Source: Eledone cirrhosa
Lineage: Eukaryota
DNA: 64,000 nt
Reading direction: 5' to 3'
Assembly (NCBI GenBank): GCA_964016885.1
Contig: CAXHJY010000889.1
Span: forward strand, 64,001-128,000
The notes below the pieces were generated by a model, which saw only the letters and a program-made list of their open reading frames with translations, did no database searches and was not told the origin of the DNA. Every line of letters begins with the position of its first letter. Positions within the stretch are counted from its first letter, which is position 1. The position numbers were made by a program, and so were the translations under genes. This document shows, piece by piece, positions 25,741 through 40,856 of the stretch.

Positions 25741-28700
25741 TTTAAGTCTAAGGCTTGATGTTGGGGTTTAAGTCTATGTCTAAGGGTTGGGGTTGGGGTT
25801 TAAGTCTAAGTCTAAAGCTTGTATTTGTGGTTCAAGTCTAAGTCTAAGGCTTGAGTTTGGGGTTTATGTGTAAGTCTAAGTTTAAGGTTACGTCTAAGGC
25901 TAGGGGTTGGGGTTTAAATCTAAGTCTGAGGCTTGGGTTTGGGGTTTAAATGTAAGCTTTGGGTTGGGGTTAACGTCTAAGTCTAAGGCTTGTGGTTAGG
26001 GTTTAAGTCTAAGTTTAGGGGTTGGTGTTTAAGTTTACGTCTAAGGCTAGGGGTTGGGGTTAAGTCTAAGTCTAAGCGTTGCGCTATAAGTCTAAGTCTG
26101 AGGCTTGAGGTTGGGGTTTAAGTCTAAGTCTAAGGCTTTGGGTTGGGGTTTAAGCCTAAGTCGAAGACTTGGCTTTTGGGTTTAAGTCTAAGGCTTGTGT
26201 TTATGGTTTAATTCTTGGGTTTGGGGTTTAAGTGTAAATCTAAGGCTAATGAGTTGGTGTTTAAGTGTAAGTCTAATGCTAGTGGTTGGGGTTTAAGTCT
26301 AACTTGGGGTTGGGGTTCAACTCTGAGGCTAAAGCTTGGGGTTGGGGTTTAAGTCTATGTCTAAGGCTTGGTTTGGGTTTAAGTTTATTTACGATTAAGA
26401 CATGTTGTTAGGGTTTAATTGTAAGGCTTGCTGTTGTGGTTTAAGTCTATGTATAAAGCTTTGGGTTAGGGTTTAATTCTAATTCTAAGGCTTTGGTTTG
26501 GGGTTAATGTCTACGTCTAAGGCTTGAGGTTGGGGTTTAAGTCTAAGCCTAAGTTTTAGAGTTGGGGTTTAAGTCTAAGTTTAAGGGTTGGGTTTAAATC
26601 TAAATCCTGGAGTTGGGCTTTAAGTCTAAGTCTAAGGCTTGGGGTTGGGGTGTAATTCTGAGTCTAAGGCTGAGGGTTGACGTTTAATTCTAAGTCTAAG
26701 CCTTGGAGTTGGGGTTTAAGTCTAAGGCTTTTAGTTGGACTTTCAGTCTAAGTCTAAGTCTTGGGTTTGAGGTTTAAGTCTAAGTCTAATGCTTTGGGTT
26801 GAGGTTTAAGTCTAAGTCTAAGACTTGGGGTTGGGGTTTAAGTCTAAGTCTAAGTCTTGGGGTTTGAGTTTAAATCTAAGCTTGGAGCTGCGGTTGAAGT
26901 CTAAGTCTAAGTCATGTGGTTGGGGTTTAAATATATGTCTATGGCTTGTTGTTTATGTCTAAGTCTAAGACTTTGGGTTGTGGTTTAAGTCAAAGGTTTG
27001 GGGTTGGGGTTTAAGTTTAAGTCTAAGGCTAGGAGTTGGTGTTTAAGTCTAACACTAAGGCTTAGGGTTGGGGTTTATGTCTAAGCCTTGTGGTTATGGT
27101 TTAATTCAAAAGCTTGGAGTTGGGGTTTAAGCCTAAGTCTAAAGCTTGGGGTTGGGGTTTAAGCCTAAGGCTTCGGGTTAAGGTCTAAGTGCAAGACTTG
27201 GTGTTAGGGTTTAAATCTAAGTCTAATGCTAGTGGTTGGGTTTTAAGTCTAAGGCTTGGGCTTGTGATTTAAGTCTAAGGCTAAGGCTTGGGGTTTGGGT
27301 TTAAGTCTATCTCTAAGGCTTGGTGTTGGGGATTAAATCTATGTCTAAGGCTTTGGGTTGTGATTTAAGTCTAAGTCTAAGGCCTGGGGTTGAGGTTTAA
27401 ATCTAAGTCTAAGGCTTGGGGTTGGTGTTTAATGTAAAGTCTAAGGCTAGTAGTTGGGTCTCAAGTCTAAGTCTAAGCCTTGGGGTTGACGTTAAAATCT
27501 AAGTCTAAGGCTTGAGGTTGGCGTTTAAGTCTACGTCTAAGGCTTGAGGTTGGGGCTTAAATCTATGTCTATGGCTTGGGGTTTAAGTCTAAATCTAAGG
27601 CTTATGTTTGGGGTAAGTTTTAAGTCTAAGGCTTGGGATTGGGATTTAAGTTTAAATCTAAGGCTTGGGGTTAGGGTTTAAGTTTAAGTCTATAGCTTCG
27701 GTATGGGGTTTAAGTTTAATTCTAAGGCTTTTGGTAGAGGTTTAAGTCTGCGACTAAGGCTTGGGGTTGGTCTCTAAGTCTAAGGCTTGGGGTTGGGGTT
27801 TAAGTCTAAGTCTTATGCTTGTGGTTGGGTTTCAAATCTAAGTCCAACATTTGCGCTTGATCTTCAAGTCTAACTCTAAGGCTTGGGATTGGGGTGTAAG
27901 TCTAAGTCAAAGGCTTGTGGTTGGGGTTTAAATCTATCTCTAAGGCTTGGGGTTAAAGTCTAAGTCTACAGCTTAATATTGGCGAGTAAGTCTAAGTCTA
28001 AGGATTGGTGTTGGGGATTATATCTATGACTAAGGCTTTGGTTGTGTTTTAAGTCTATGTCTAAGGCCTGGGGCTGGTATTTAAATCTAAGTCTAAGGAT
28101 TGGGGGTCGAGGTTTAAGACTAAATTTAAGGCTGGGGGTTGGGGTTTAATGTTAAGTCAAAGGCTAGGAGTTGGTATTTAAGTCAAAGTCTAAGGCTTGG
28201 GGATGGGGTTTGTGTCTAAGGCTTGTGGTTATAGTTTAATTCTGAGGCTTGGAGCTGGGGTTTAACTCTAAGTCTAAGTCTTGAGGTTGGGGTTTAAATC
28301 TATGTCTATGGCGTGGAGTTTAAGTCTAAGTCTAATGCTAGTGGTTGGGTTTTAAGTCTAAGTCTTAGGCTTGGGGTTGGGGTTCAAGTCTAAGTCTAAG
28401 GCTTAAGGTTGGGGTTAAGTCTAAGTCTAAGACTTGGGGTTGGGGTTTAAGTCTAAGTTTAAGGCTTGGAGCTGGGGTTTAACTCTAAGTCTAAGTCTTG
28501 AGGTTGGGGTTTAAATCTATGTCTATGGCGTGGAGTTTAAGTCTAAGTCTAATGCTAGTGGTTGGGTTTTAAGTCTAAGTCTTAGGCTTGGGGTTCAAGT
28601 CTAAGTCTAAGGCTTAAGGTTGGGGTTAAGTCTAAGTCAAAAGGTTGGGGTTTAAGTCTAAGGCTTGGGGTTAGGGTTTATGTCTAAGGCTTGGTGTTGG

Positions 28701-31700
28701 GGGTTTAAGTCTAAGTCTAAGGATTGGGTTTAAGTCTAAGTCTAAGTCTAGTTGTTGGGATTTAAGTCCAAATCTAAGACTTGGGGTTGGGATTCAACTC
28801 TAAGTCTAAGGCTTGGTGTTGGGGTTTGAATCTATGTGTATGGCTTGGGGTTTAACTCGAAGTCTAAGGCTTAATGTTGGGGTTTAAGTCTAAGTCTAAT
28901 GCTATTGGTTGGGGTTTATGTCGATGTCTAAAGCTTCGGGTTGGGGTTTAAGTTTAAGTCTAAGGCTTGGATTTTGGGTTTAAGTCTAAGTCTAAGTCTA
29001 ATGTGGTTGGGGTTTAAGACCAAGTCTAAGGCTTGGAGCTGGGGTTTAAGTCTATTGCTAAGTCTTGAGATTGGTGTTTAAATCTATGTCTATGGCTTGG
29101 AGTTTAAGTCTAAGTCTAATACTAGTGGTTAGGTTTTAAGTCTAAGTCTAAGGCTTGGGGTTGAGGTTCAAGTCTAAGTCTAAGGCTTGAGGTTGGGGTT
29201 TAAGTCTACGTCTAAGGTTTGAGGTTGGTGTTTAAATCTATGTCTATGGCTTGGGGTTTAAGTCTAAATCTAAGACTTATGGTTGGGGTAAGTCTAAGTC
29301 TAATGCTTGTGGTTGGGGTTTAAGTCTAAATCTAAGACTTTCGGTTGGGGTTTAAGTTTACAAGCTGGGCTAAGGCTTGGGGTTAGGTTTTAAGTCTAAG
29401 GCTTGAGGTTGGGGTTTAAGTCTAAGTCTAAGTCTTGAAGTTGAGGTTTAAATCTATGTCTATGGCTTGGAGTTTAAGTCTAAGTCTAATGCTAGTGGTT
29501 GGGGTTTAAGTCTAAGTCTAAGGCTTGGGGTTAGGGTTTAAGTTTAAGTCTAAAGCTTCGGTTTGGGGTTTCAGTTTAATTCGAAGGCTTTCGGTAGAGG
29601 TTTAAGTCTACGACTAAGGCTTGGTGTTGGTTTTTAAGTGTAAGGTTTAAGTCTAAGTCTTATGCTTGTGGTTGGGGTTTAAGTCGAAGTCTAAGGCTTG
29701 GGCTTGGTGTATAAATCTAAGTCTAACGCTTGTGCTTGATCTTCAAGTCTAACTCTATGGTTTGGGGTTGTGGTGTAAATCTAAGTCTAAGGCTTGGGGT
29801 TCGGGTTTAAATCTAAGTCTAAGGCTTGGTGTTGGGGTTTGAGTCTAAGTATAAGGCGTGTGGTTGGGGTTTATGTCTAAGACTAAGGCATGGGGTAAGG
29901 GTTTAAGTCTAAGGCTAAGGCTTGGGGTTAGGATGTGAGTATAAATCTAATGCTTGGCGTTAGGGTTTAAGTCTAAGTCTAAGGCTTGGGTTTGGGGTAT
30001 AAATCTAATTATAAGGATAAGGTTGGGGTTCGGGTTTAAGACTAAGTGTTGTGGTTAGGATTTAATTCTAAGGCTTGGCGTTGGGGTTTACGTCTAAGTC
30101 TAAAGCTTGGGGTAGGGGTTTAAGTCATGTCGAAGGCTTGGAGTTTAAGTCTAACTCTAAGGCTTTGGTTTGGGGTTTAAGACTACGTGTAAGGCTTGAG
30201 GTTGGGGTTTAAGTCTAAGTCTTGGAGTTGGGGTTTAATTTTACGTCTAAGGCTTGGGTTTGTGGTTTAAGTCTAAGTCTAAGAGTTGGTATTAGTCTTT
30301 AAATCTAAGGCTTGGATTTGGGGTGTAAGTCTAAGTCTAAGGCTTGTGGTTGGGGTCTAAATCCATGTCTAAGGCTTAGGGTTTAAGTCTAAGTCTAAAG
30401 CTTAATGTTGGGGATTAAGTCTAAGTCTAAGACTTAAGGTTGGGGTTTAAGTCTACGTCTAAGGCTTGTGGTTGGGTTTTATGTAGAAGTCTAAACATGG
30501 GGTTGGGGTTTAAGTCTATGTCTAAGGCTTGGGATTGGGGTTTAAGTCTAAGTCTAAGGATTTGTGTTGGTTTTTAAGTTTACGTGTTGGGGTTTGGGGT
30601 TAAGTTGTAAGTCTAAAGCTTGTTATAAGGGTTTAATTCTAAGGCTTGGGGTTGTGGTTTAAGTCTATGTATAAGACTTGGGGTTGGGGTTTAATTCTAA
30701 GTCTAAGGCTTTGGTTTGGGGTTAGTGTCTAAGTCTAAGGCTTGAGGTTGGGATTTAAATCTAAGTCTAAGTCTTGGAGTTGGGGTTTAAGTTTACGTCT
30801 AAGGTAAGGGGTTGGGGTGTAAGTCTAAGTCTAAGGCTTTGGGTTGGGGTTTATGTCTAAGTCTAAGGCTTTGGGTTGGGGTTTAAGTCTAAGTCTAAGC
30901 CTTTTGGTTGGTGTTTAAGTGTATGTCTAAGGGTTGGTGTTGGATTTAAGTCTAAGTCAAATGCTTGGGTTTGGGCTTTATGTCTAAGTCTAAGTCTTGG
31001 GGTTGGGGTTTAAGTCTAAGTTTAAGGCTTGGAGCTGGGGTTTAACTCTAAGTCTAAGTCTTGAGGTTGGGGTTTAAATCTATGTCTATGGCGTGGAGTT
31101 TAAGTCTAAGTCTAATGCTAGTGGTTGGGTTTTAAGTCTAAGTCAAATGCTTGGGTTTGGGCTTTATGTCTAAGTCTAAGTCTTGGGGTTGGGGTTTAAG
31201 TCTAAGTTTAAGGCTTGGAGCTGGGGTTTAACTCTAAGTCTAAGTCTTGAGGTTGGGGTTTAAATCTATGTCTATGGCGTGGAGTTTAAGTCTAAGTCTA
31301 ATGCTAGTGGTTGGGTTTAAAGTCTAAGTCTTAGGCTTGGGGTTGGGGTTCAAGTCTAAGTCTAAGGCTTAAGGTTGGGGTTAAGTCTAAGTCTAAGACT
31401 TGGGGTTGGGGTTTAAGTCTAAGTTTAAGGCTTGGAGCTGGGGTTTAACTCTAAGTCTAAGTCTTGAGGTTGGGGTTTAAATCTATGTCTATGGCGTGGA
31501 GTTTAAGTCTAAGTCTAATGCTAGTGGTTGGGTTTTAAGTCTAAGTCTTAGGCTTGGGGTTCAAGTCTAAGTCTAAGGCTTAAGGTTGGGGTTAAGTCTA
31601 AGTCAAAAGGTTGGGGTTTAAGTCTAAGGCTTGGGGTTAGGGTTTATGTCTAAGGCTTGGTGTTGGGGGTTTAAGTCTAAGTCTAAGGATTGGGTTTAAG

Positions 31701-32563
31701 TCTAAGTCTAAGTCTAGTTGTTGGGATTTAAGTCCAAATCTAAGACTTGGGGTTGGGATTCAACTCTAAGTCTAAGGCTTGGTGTTGGGGTTTGAATCTA
31801 TGTGTATGGCTTGGGGTTTAACTCGAAGTCTAAGGCTTAATGTTGGGGTTTAAGTCTAAGTCTAATGCTATTGGTTGGGGTTTATGTCGATGTCTAAAGC
31901 TTCGGGTTGGGGTTTAAGTTTAAGTCTAAGGCTTGGATTTTGGGTTTAAGTCTAAGTCTAAGTCTAATGTGGTTTAAGACCAAGTCTAAGGCTTGGAGCT
32001 GGGGTTTAAGTCTATTGCTAAGTCTTGAGGTTGGTGTTTAAATCTATGTCTATGGCTTGGAGTTTAAGTCTAAGTCTAATACTAGTGGTTAGGTTTTAAG
32101 TCTAAGTCTAAGGCTTGGGGTTGAGGTTCAAGTCTAAGTCTAAGGCTTGAGGTTGGGGTTTAAGTCTACGTCTAAGGTTTGAGGTTGGTGTTTAAATCTA
32201 TGTCTATGGCTTGGGGTTTAAGTCTAAATCTAAGACTTATGGTTGGGGTAAGTCTAAGTCTAATGCTTGTGGTTGGGGTTTAAGTCTAAATCTAAGACTT
32301 TCGGTTGGGGTTTAAGTTTACAAGCTGGGCTAAGGCTTGGGGTTAGGTTTTAAGTCTAAGGCTTGAGGTTGGGGTTTAAGTCTAAGTCTAAGTCTTGAAG
32401 TTGAGGTTTAAATCTATGTCTATAGCTTGGAGTTTAAGTCTAAGTCTAATGCTAGTGGTTGGGGTTTAAGTCTAAGTCTAAGGCTTGGGGTTAGGGTTTA
32501 AGTTTAAGTCTAAAGCTTCGGTTTGGGGTTTATGTCTAAGTCTAAGTCTTGGGGTTGGGGTTT
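25741..32563 (+). repeat. G/T-rich satellite B, block B2 (near-identical copy of B1)
   Basis: Colinear with B1 at offset 15115 at the start and 15121 at the end (one extra AAGTCT near 31680). Same left and right junctions. Confidence 0.97.
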
Positions 32564-35500
32564 AAATCTAAAAAAAACGTAACAAATTAATGCTTTTACA
32601 AATCTTTCGAAATATCTACTTCCTGGCTTCAAATTTTGCAGATTAAACTTTTTTCGAAAAACCTAAAAAAATCAGTTTTCGAAATCAGAAGTTAATATTT
32701 CGAAAAACGCAATTTGAAAAACGCATATTAATTTTTTTTATACTTTTATATCTGATTTTTTTATACTTTTATATCTGATTTTTTTATACTTTTATATCTG
32801 ATTTCAAATATTGATTTTTTTAGGTTTTTCGAAAACCTTATATAATCAATTTTTTTTAGTTTTTTCTAAAAAGAGTTCATAGTCGAAATATATACTTCCG
32901 CATTAATCTTTTTACGTTTTTCTGATTTTTTGCATGTTTCGAAATCTAAAAAAAACGTAACAAATTAATGCTTTTACAAATCTTTCGAAATATCTACTTC
33001 CTGGTTTCAAATTTTGCAGATTAAACTTTTTTCGAAAAACCTAAAAAAATCAGTTTTCGAAATCAGAAGTTAATACTTCGAAAAACGCAATTTGAAAAAC
33101 GCAATTTGAAAAACACATATTAATTTTTTTTCGAAAACTTTATATAATCAATTTTTTTATACTTTTAAAAATATTTATATCTGATTTCAAATATTGATTT
33201 TTTTAGGTTTTTCGGAACCTTAATTATATAATCAATTTTTTTTAGGTTTTTCGAAATATATACTTCTGCATTAATCTTTTTACGTTATTCTGATTTTTTG
33301 CATATTTCGAAATCTAAAAAAAACGTAAAAATTTAATGCTTTTACAAATCTTTCGAAATATTTACTTTCTGGTTTCAAATTTTGCAGATTAAATTTTTTT
33401 CGAAAAACCTAAAAAAATCAGTTTTCGAAATCAGAAGTTAATATTTCGGAAAATGCAATTTGGAAAACGCATATTAATTTTTTTTCGAAAACCTTATCGA
33501 TTTTTTTATACTTTTAGAAATATTTATATCCGATTTCAAATATTGATTTTTTTAGGTTTTTCGAAAACCTTATATAATCAATTTTTTTATACTTTTATAT
33601 CTGATTTTTTTATACTTTTATATCTGATTTCAAATATTGATTTTTTTAGGTCTTTCGAAAACCTTATATAATCAATTTTTTTTAGTTTTTTCGAAAAAGA
33701 GTTCATAGTCGAAATATATACTTCCGCATTAATCTTTTTACGTTTTTCTGATTTTTTGCATGTTTCGAAATCTAAAAAAAACGTAAAAAATTAATGCTTT
33801 TACAAATCTTTAGAAATATTTACTTTCTGGTTTCAAATCTTGCAGATTAAATTTTTTTCGAAAAACCTAAAAACTCAGTTTTCGAAATCAGAAGTTAATA
33901 TTTCGGAAAATGCAATTTGGAAAATGCATATTAATTTTTTTTCGAAAACCTTATATAATCGATTTTTTTATACTTTTTGAAATATTTATATCCTATTTCA
34001 AATATTGATTTTTTTAGGTTTTTCGAAAACCTTATATAATCAATTTTTTTATACTTTTATATCTGATTTTTTTATACTTTTATATCTGATTTCAAATATT
34101 GATTTTTTTAGGTCTTTCGAAAACCTTATATAATCAATTTTTTTTAGTTTTTTCTAAAAAGAGTTCATAGTCGAAATATATACTTCCGCATTAATCTTTT
34201 TACGTTTTTCTGATTTTTTGCATGTTTCGAAATCTAAAAAAAACGTAAAAAATTAATGCTTTTACAAATAATCAATTTTTTTATAATTTTAGAAATATTT
34301 ATATCTTATTTCAAATATTGACTTTTTAGGTTTTTCGAAAAAATTGATTATATAAATAATCAATTTTTTTTAGGTTTTTCGAAAAAAGAATGACTGTGAG
34401 TCATAGTCGAAATATATACTTCTGCATTAATCTTTTTACGTTTTTCTGATTTTTTGCATGTTTCGAAATCTAAAAAAAACTTAAAAAATTAATGCTTTTA
34501 CAAATCTTTAGAAATATTTACTTTCTGGTTTCAAATTTTGCAGATTAAATTTCTTTCCAAAAACCTAAAAAAATCAGTTTTCGAAATCAGAAGTTAATAT
34601 TTCGGAAAATGCAATTTGGAAAACGCATATTAATTTTTTTTCGAAAACCTTATATAATCGATTTTTTTATACTTTTAGAAATATTTATATCCGATTTCAA
34701 ATATTGATTTTTTTAGGTTTTTCGAAAACCTTATATAATCAATTTTTTTATACTTTTATATCTGATTTCAAATATTGATTTTTTTAGGTTTTTCGAAAAC
34801 CTTATATAATCAATTTTTTTTAGTTTTTTCGAAAAAGAGTTCATAGTCGAAATATATACTTCCGCATTAATCTTTTTACGTTTTTCTGATTTTTTGCATG
34901 TTTCGAAATCTAACAAAAACGTAAAAAATTAATGCTTTTACAAATCTTTAGAAATATTTACTTTCTGGTTTCAAATTTTGCAGATTAAATTTTTTTCGAA
35001 AAACCTAAAAAATCAGTTTTCGAAATCAGAAGTTAATATTTCGAAATATTGATTTTTTTTAGGTTTTTCGAAAACCTTATATAATTAATTTTTTTTAGGT
35101 TTTTCGAAAAAGAGTTCATATATACTTCTCCATTAATCTTTTTACGTTTTTCGGTTTTTTTGCATGTAAATCTAAAAAAAACGTAACAAATTAATGGTTT
35201 TACAAATCTTTCGAAATATCTACTTCCTGGTTTCAAATTTTGCAGATTAAACTTTTTTCGAGAAACCTAAAAAAATCAGTTTTCGAAATCAGAAGTTAAT
35301 ACTTCGAAAAACGCAATTTGAAAAACGCAATTTGAAAAACACATATTAATTTTTTTTCGAAAACTTTATATAATCAATTTTTTTATACTTTTAAAAATAT
35401 TTATATCTGATTTCAAATATTGATTTTTTTAGGTTTTTCGGAACCTTATATAATCAATTTTTTTTAGGTTTTTCGAAATATATACTTCTGCATTAATCTT

Positions 35501-38500
35501 TTTACGTTATTCTGATTTTTTGCATATTTCGAAATCTAAAAAAAACGTAAAAATTTAATGCTTTTACAAATCTTTAGAAATATTTACTTTCTGGTTTCAA
35601 ATTTTGCAGATTAAATTTTTTTCGAAAAACCTAAAAAAATCAGTTTTCGAAATCAGAAGTTAATATTTCGGAAAATGCAATTTGGAAAACGCATATTAAT
35701 TTTTTTTCGAAAACCTTATATAATCGATTTTTTTATACTTTTAGAAATATTTATATCCGATTTCAAATATTGATTTTTTTAGGTTTTTCGAAAACCTTAT
35801 ATAATCAATTTTTTTATACTTTTATATCTGATTTCAAATATTGATTTTTTTAGGTCTTTCGAAAACCTTATATAATCAAATTTTTTTAGTTTTTTCGAAA
35901 AAGAGTTCATAGTCGAAATATATACTTCCGCATTAATCTTTTTACGTTTTTCTGATTTTTTGCATGTTTCGAAATCTAAAAAAACCGTAAAAAATTAATG
36001 CTTTTACAAATCTTTAGAAATATTTACTTTCTGGTTTCAAATTTTGCAGATTAAACTTTTTTCGAAAAACCTAAAAAAATCAGTTTTCGAAATCAGAAGT
36101 TAATATTTCGAAAAACGCAATTTGAAAAACGCAATTTGAAAAACACATATTAATTTTTTTTCGAAAACTTTATATAATCAATTTTTTTATACTTTTAAAA
36201 ATATTTATATCTGATTTCAAATATTGATTTTTTTAGGTTTTTCGGAACCTTATATAATCAATTTTTTTTAGGCTTTTCGAAATATATACTACTGCATTAA
36301 TCTTTTTACGTTATTCTGATTTGCATATTTCGAAATCTAAAAAAAACGTAAAAAATTGATTTTACAAATAATCAATTTTTTTATACTTTTAGAAATATTT
36401 ATATCTTATTTCAAATATTGATTTTTTAGGTTTTTCGAAAAAATTGATTATATAAATAATCAATTTTTTTTAGGTTTCTCGAAAAAAGAATGACTGTGAG
36501 TCATAGTCGAAATATATACTTCTGTATTAATCTTTTTACGTTTTTCTGATTTTTTGCATGTTTCGAAATCTAAAAAAAACTTAAAAAATTAATGCTTTTA
36601 CAAATCTTTAGAAATATTTACTTTCTGGTTTCAAATTTTGCAGATTAAATTTTTTCGAAAAACCTAAAAAAAATCAGTTTTCGAAATCAGAAGTTCATAT
36701 ATCGAAAAACGCAATTTCAAAAACGCATATTAATTTTTTTTCGAAAACCTTATATAATCAATTTTTTTATACTTTTATATCTGATTTCAAATATTGATTT
36801 TTTTAGGTTTTTCGAAAACCTTATATAATTAATTTTTTTTAGTTTTTTCGAAAAAGAGTTCATAGTCGAAATATATACTTCTGCATTAATCTTTTTACGT
36901 TTTTCTGATTTTTTGCATGTTTTGAAATCTAAAAAAAACGTAAAAAATTAATGCTTTTACAAATCTTTAGAAATATTTACTTTCTGGTTTCAAATTTTGC
37001 AGATTAAATTTTTTTCGAAATACCTAAAAAATCAGTTTTCGAAATCAGAAGTTAATATTTCGAAATATTGATTTTTTTTAGGTTTTTCGAAAACCTTATA
37101 TAAGTAATTTTTTTTAGGTTTTTCGAAAAAGAGTTCATATATACTTCTGCATTAATCTTTTTACGTTTTTCGGTTTTTTTGCATGTAAATCTAAAAAAAA
37201 CGTAACAAATTAATGCTTTTACAAATCTTTCGAAATATCTACTTCCTGGTTTCAAATTTTGCAGATTAAACTTTTTTCGAAAAACCTAAAAAATCAGTTT
37301 TCGAAATCAGAAGTTAATATTTCGAAATATTGATTTTTTTTAGGTTTTTCGAAAACCTTATATAATTAATTTTTTTTAGGTTTTTCGAAAAAGAGTTCAT
37401 ATATACTTCTGCATTAATCTTTTTACGTTTTTCTGATTTTTTGCATGTTTTGAAATCTAAAAAAAACGTAAAAAATTAATGCTTTTACAAATCTTTAGAA
37501 ATATTTACTTTCTGGTTTCAAATTTTGCAGATTAAATTTTTTTCGAAAAACCTAAAAAATCAGTTTTGGAAATCAGAAGTTAATATTTCGAAATATTGAT
37601 TTTTTTTAGGTTTTTCGAAAACCTTATATAATTAATTTTTTTTAGGTTTTTCGAAAAAGAGTTCATATATACTTCTGCATTAATCTTTTTACGTTTTTCT
37701 GATATTTTGCATGTAAATCTAAAAAAAACGTAACAAATTAATGCTTTTACAAATCTTTCGAAATATCTACTTCCTGTTTCAAATTTTGAAGATTAAACTT
37801 TTTTCGAAAAACCTAAAAAAATCAGTTTTCGAAATCAGAAGTTAATATTTCGAAAAACGCAATTTGAAAAACGCATATTAATTTTTTTTATACTTTTATA
37901 TCTGATTTTTTAATACTTTTATATCTGATTTTTTTATACTTTTATATCTGATTTCAAATATTGATTTTTTTAGGTTTTTCGAAAACCTTATATAATCAAT
38001 CTTTTTTAGTTTTTTCTAAAAAGAGTTCATAGTCGAAATATATACTTCCGCATTAATCTTTTTACGTTTTTCTGATTTTTTGAATGTTTCGAAATCTAAA
38101 AAAAACGTAAAAAATTAATGCTTTTACAAATAATCAATTTTTTTATACTTTTAGAAATATTTATATCTTATTTCAAATATTGATTTTTTAGGTTTTTCGA
38201 AAAAATTGATTATATAAATAATCAATTTTTTTTAGGTTTTTCGAAAAAAGAATGACTGTGAGTCATAGTCGAAATATATACTTCTGCATTAATCTTTTTA
38301 CGTTTTTCTGATTTTTTGCATGTTTCGAAATCTAAAAAAAACTTAAAAAATTAATGCTTTTACAAATCTTTAGAAATATTTACTTTCTGGTTTCAAATTT
38401 TGCAGATTAAATTTCTTTCCAAAAACCTAAAAAAATCAGTTTTCGAAATCAGAAGTTAATATTTCGAAAAACGCAATTTGAAAAACGCATATTAATTTTT

Positions 38501-40856
38501 TTTCGAAAACCTTATATAATCAATTTTTTTATACTTTTAAAAATATTTATATCTGATTTCAAATATTGATTTTTTTAGGTTTTTCGGAACCTTAATTATA
38601 TAATCAATTTTTTTTTAGGTTTTTCGAAATATATACTTCTGCATTAATCTTTTTACGTTATTCTGATTTTTTGCATATTTCGAAATCTAAAAAAAACGTA
38701 AAAATTTAATGCTTTTACAAATCTTTCGAAATATTTACTTTCTGGTTTCAAATTTTGCAGATTAAATTTTTTTCGAAAAACCTAAAAAAATCAGTTTTCG
38801 AAATCAGAAGTTAATATTTCGGAAAATGCAATTTGGAAAACGCATATTAATTTTTTTTCGAAAACCTTATATAATCGATTTTTTTATACTTTTAGAAATA
38901 TTTATATCCGATTTCAAATATTGATTTTTTTAGGTTTTTCGAAAACCTTATATAATCAATTTTTTTATACTTTTATATCTGATTTTTTTATACTTTTATA
39001 TCTGATTTCAAATATTGATTTTTTTAGGTCTTTCGAAAACCTTATATAATCAATTTTTTTTAGTTTTTTCGAAAAAGAGTTCATAGTCGAAATATATACT
39101 TCCGCATTAATCTTTTTACGTTTTTCTGATTTTTTGCATGTTTCGAAATCTAAAAAAAACGTAAAAAATTAATGCTTTTACAAATCTTTAGAAATATTTA
39201 CTTTCTGGTTTCAAATCTTGCAGATTAAATTTTTTTCGAAAAACCTAAAAACTCAGTTTTCGAAATCAGAAGTTAATATTTCGGAAAATGCAATTTGGAA
39301 AACGCATATTAATTTTTTTTCGAAAACCTTATATAATCGATTTTTTTATACTTTTTGAAATATTTATATCCTATTTCAAATATTGATTTTTTTAGGTTTT
39401 TCGAAAACCTTATATAATCAATTTTTTTATACTTTTATATCTGATTTTTTTATACTTTTATATCTGATTTCAAATATTGATTTTTTTAGGTTTTTCGAAA
39501 ACCTTATATAATCAATTTTTTTTAGTTTTTTCTAAAAAGAGTTCATAGTCGAAATATATACTTCCGCATTAATCTTCTTACGTTTTTCTGATTTTTTGCA
39601 TGTTTCGAAATCTAAAAAAAACGTAAAAAATTAATGCTTTTACAAATCTTTAGAAATATTTACTTTCTGGTTTCAAATTTTGCAGATTAAATTTTTTTCG
39701 AAAAACCTAAAAAATCAGTTTTCTAAATCAGAAGTTAATATTTCGAAATATTGATTTTTTTTAGGTTTTTCGAAAACCTTATATAATTAATTTTTTTTAG
39801 TTTTTTCGAAAAAGAGTTCATATATACTTCTGCATTAATCTTTTTACGTTTTTCTGATTTTTTGCATGTTTCGAGATCTAAAAAAAACGTAAAAATTTAA
39901 TGCTTTTACAAATCTTTCGAAATATTTACTTTCTGGTTTCAAATTCTGCAGATTAAACTTTTTTCGAAAAACCTAAAAAAATCAATTTTCGAAATCAGAA
40001 GTTAATATTTAGAAATATTGATTTTTTTTTAGGTTTTTCGAAAACCTTATATAATTAATTTTTTTTAGGTTTTTCGAAAAAGAGTTCATATATACTTCTG
40101 CATTAATCTTTTTACGTTTTTCTGATTTTTTGCATGTTTCGAAATCTAAAAAAAACGTAAAAATTTAATGCTTTTACAAATCTTTCGAAATATTTACTTT
40201 CTGGTTTCAAATTTTGCAGATTAAATTTTTTTCGAAAAACCTAAAAAAATCAGTTAATATTTTAAAAAAAGAAGTTAATATTTCGAAAAACGCAATTTGA
40301 AAAGCGCATATTCATTTTTTTTTCGAAAACCTTATATAATCAATTTGTTTATACTTTTAGAAATATTTATATCTGATTTCAAATATTGATTTTTTTAGGT
40401 TTTTCGGAACCTTATATAATCAATTTTTTTTAGGTTTTTCGAAATATATACTTCTGCATTAATCTTTTTACGTTATTCTGATTTTTTGCATATTTCGAAA
40501 TTTAAAAAAAACGTAAAAATTTAATGCTTTTACAAATCTTTCGAAATATTTACTTTCTGGTTTCAAATTTTGCAGATTAAATTTTTTTCGAAAAACCTAA
40601 AAAAATCAGTTTTCGAAATTAGAAGTTAATATTTTGGAAAATGCAATTTGGAAAACGCATATTAATTTTTTTTCGAAAACCTTATATAATCGATTTTTTT
40701 ATACTTTTAGAAATATTTATATCTGATTTCAAATATTGATTTTTTTATAAAAATCAGTTTTTGAATTCAGAAGTTAATATTTCGAAAAACGCAAATCAAT
40801 TTGTTTATACTTTTAGAAATATTTATAACTGATTTCAAATATTGATTTTTTTTAGG
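32564..40856. repeat. AT-rich satellite A, block A3
   Basis: Same motifs. Shares its first and last few hundred bases with A2 but has a different internal monomer order. Confidence 0.97.

Noticed and set aside
1225-37255. Recurrent 60-72-aa ORFs (MKPGSRYFERF..., MLDFETCKK..., MLLQIFRN...)
   Set aside because: Chance translations of satellite A, mostly from non-ATG starts, K/F/I-biased and with no domain. Used only as period markers.
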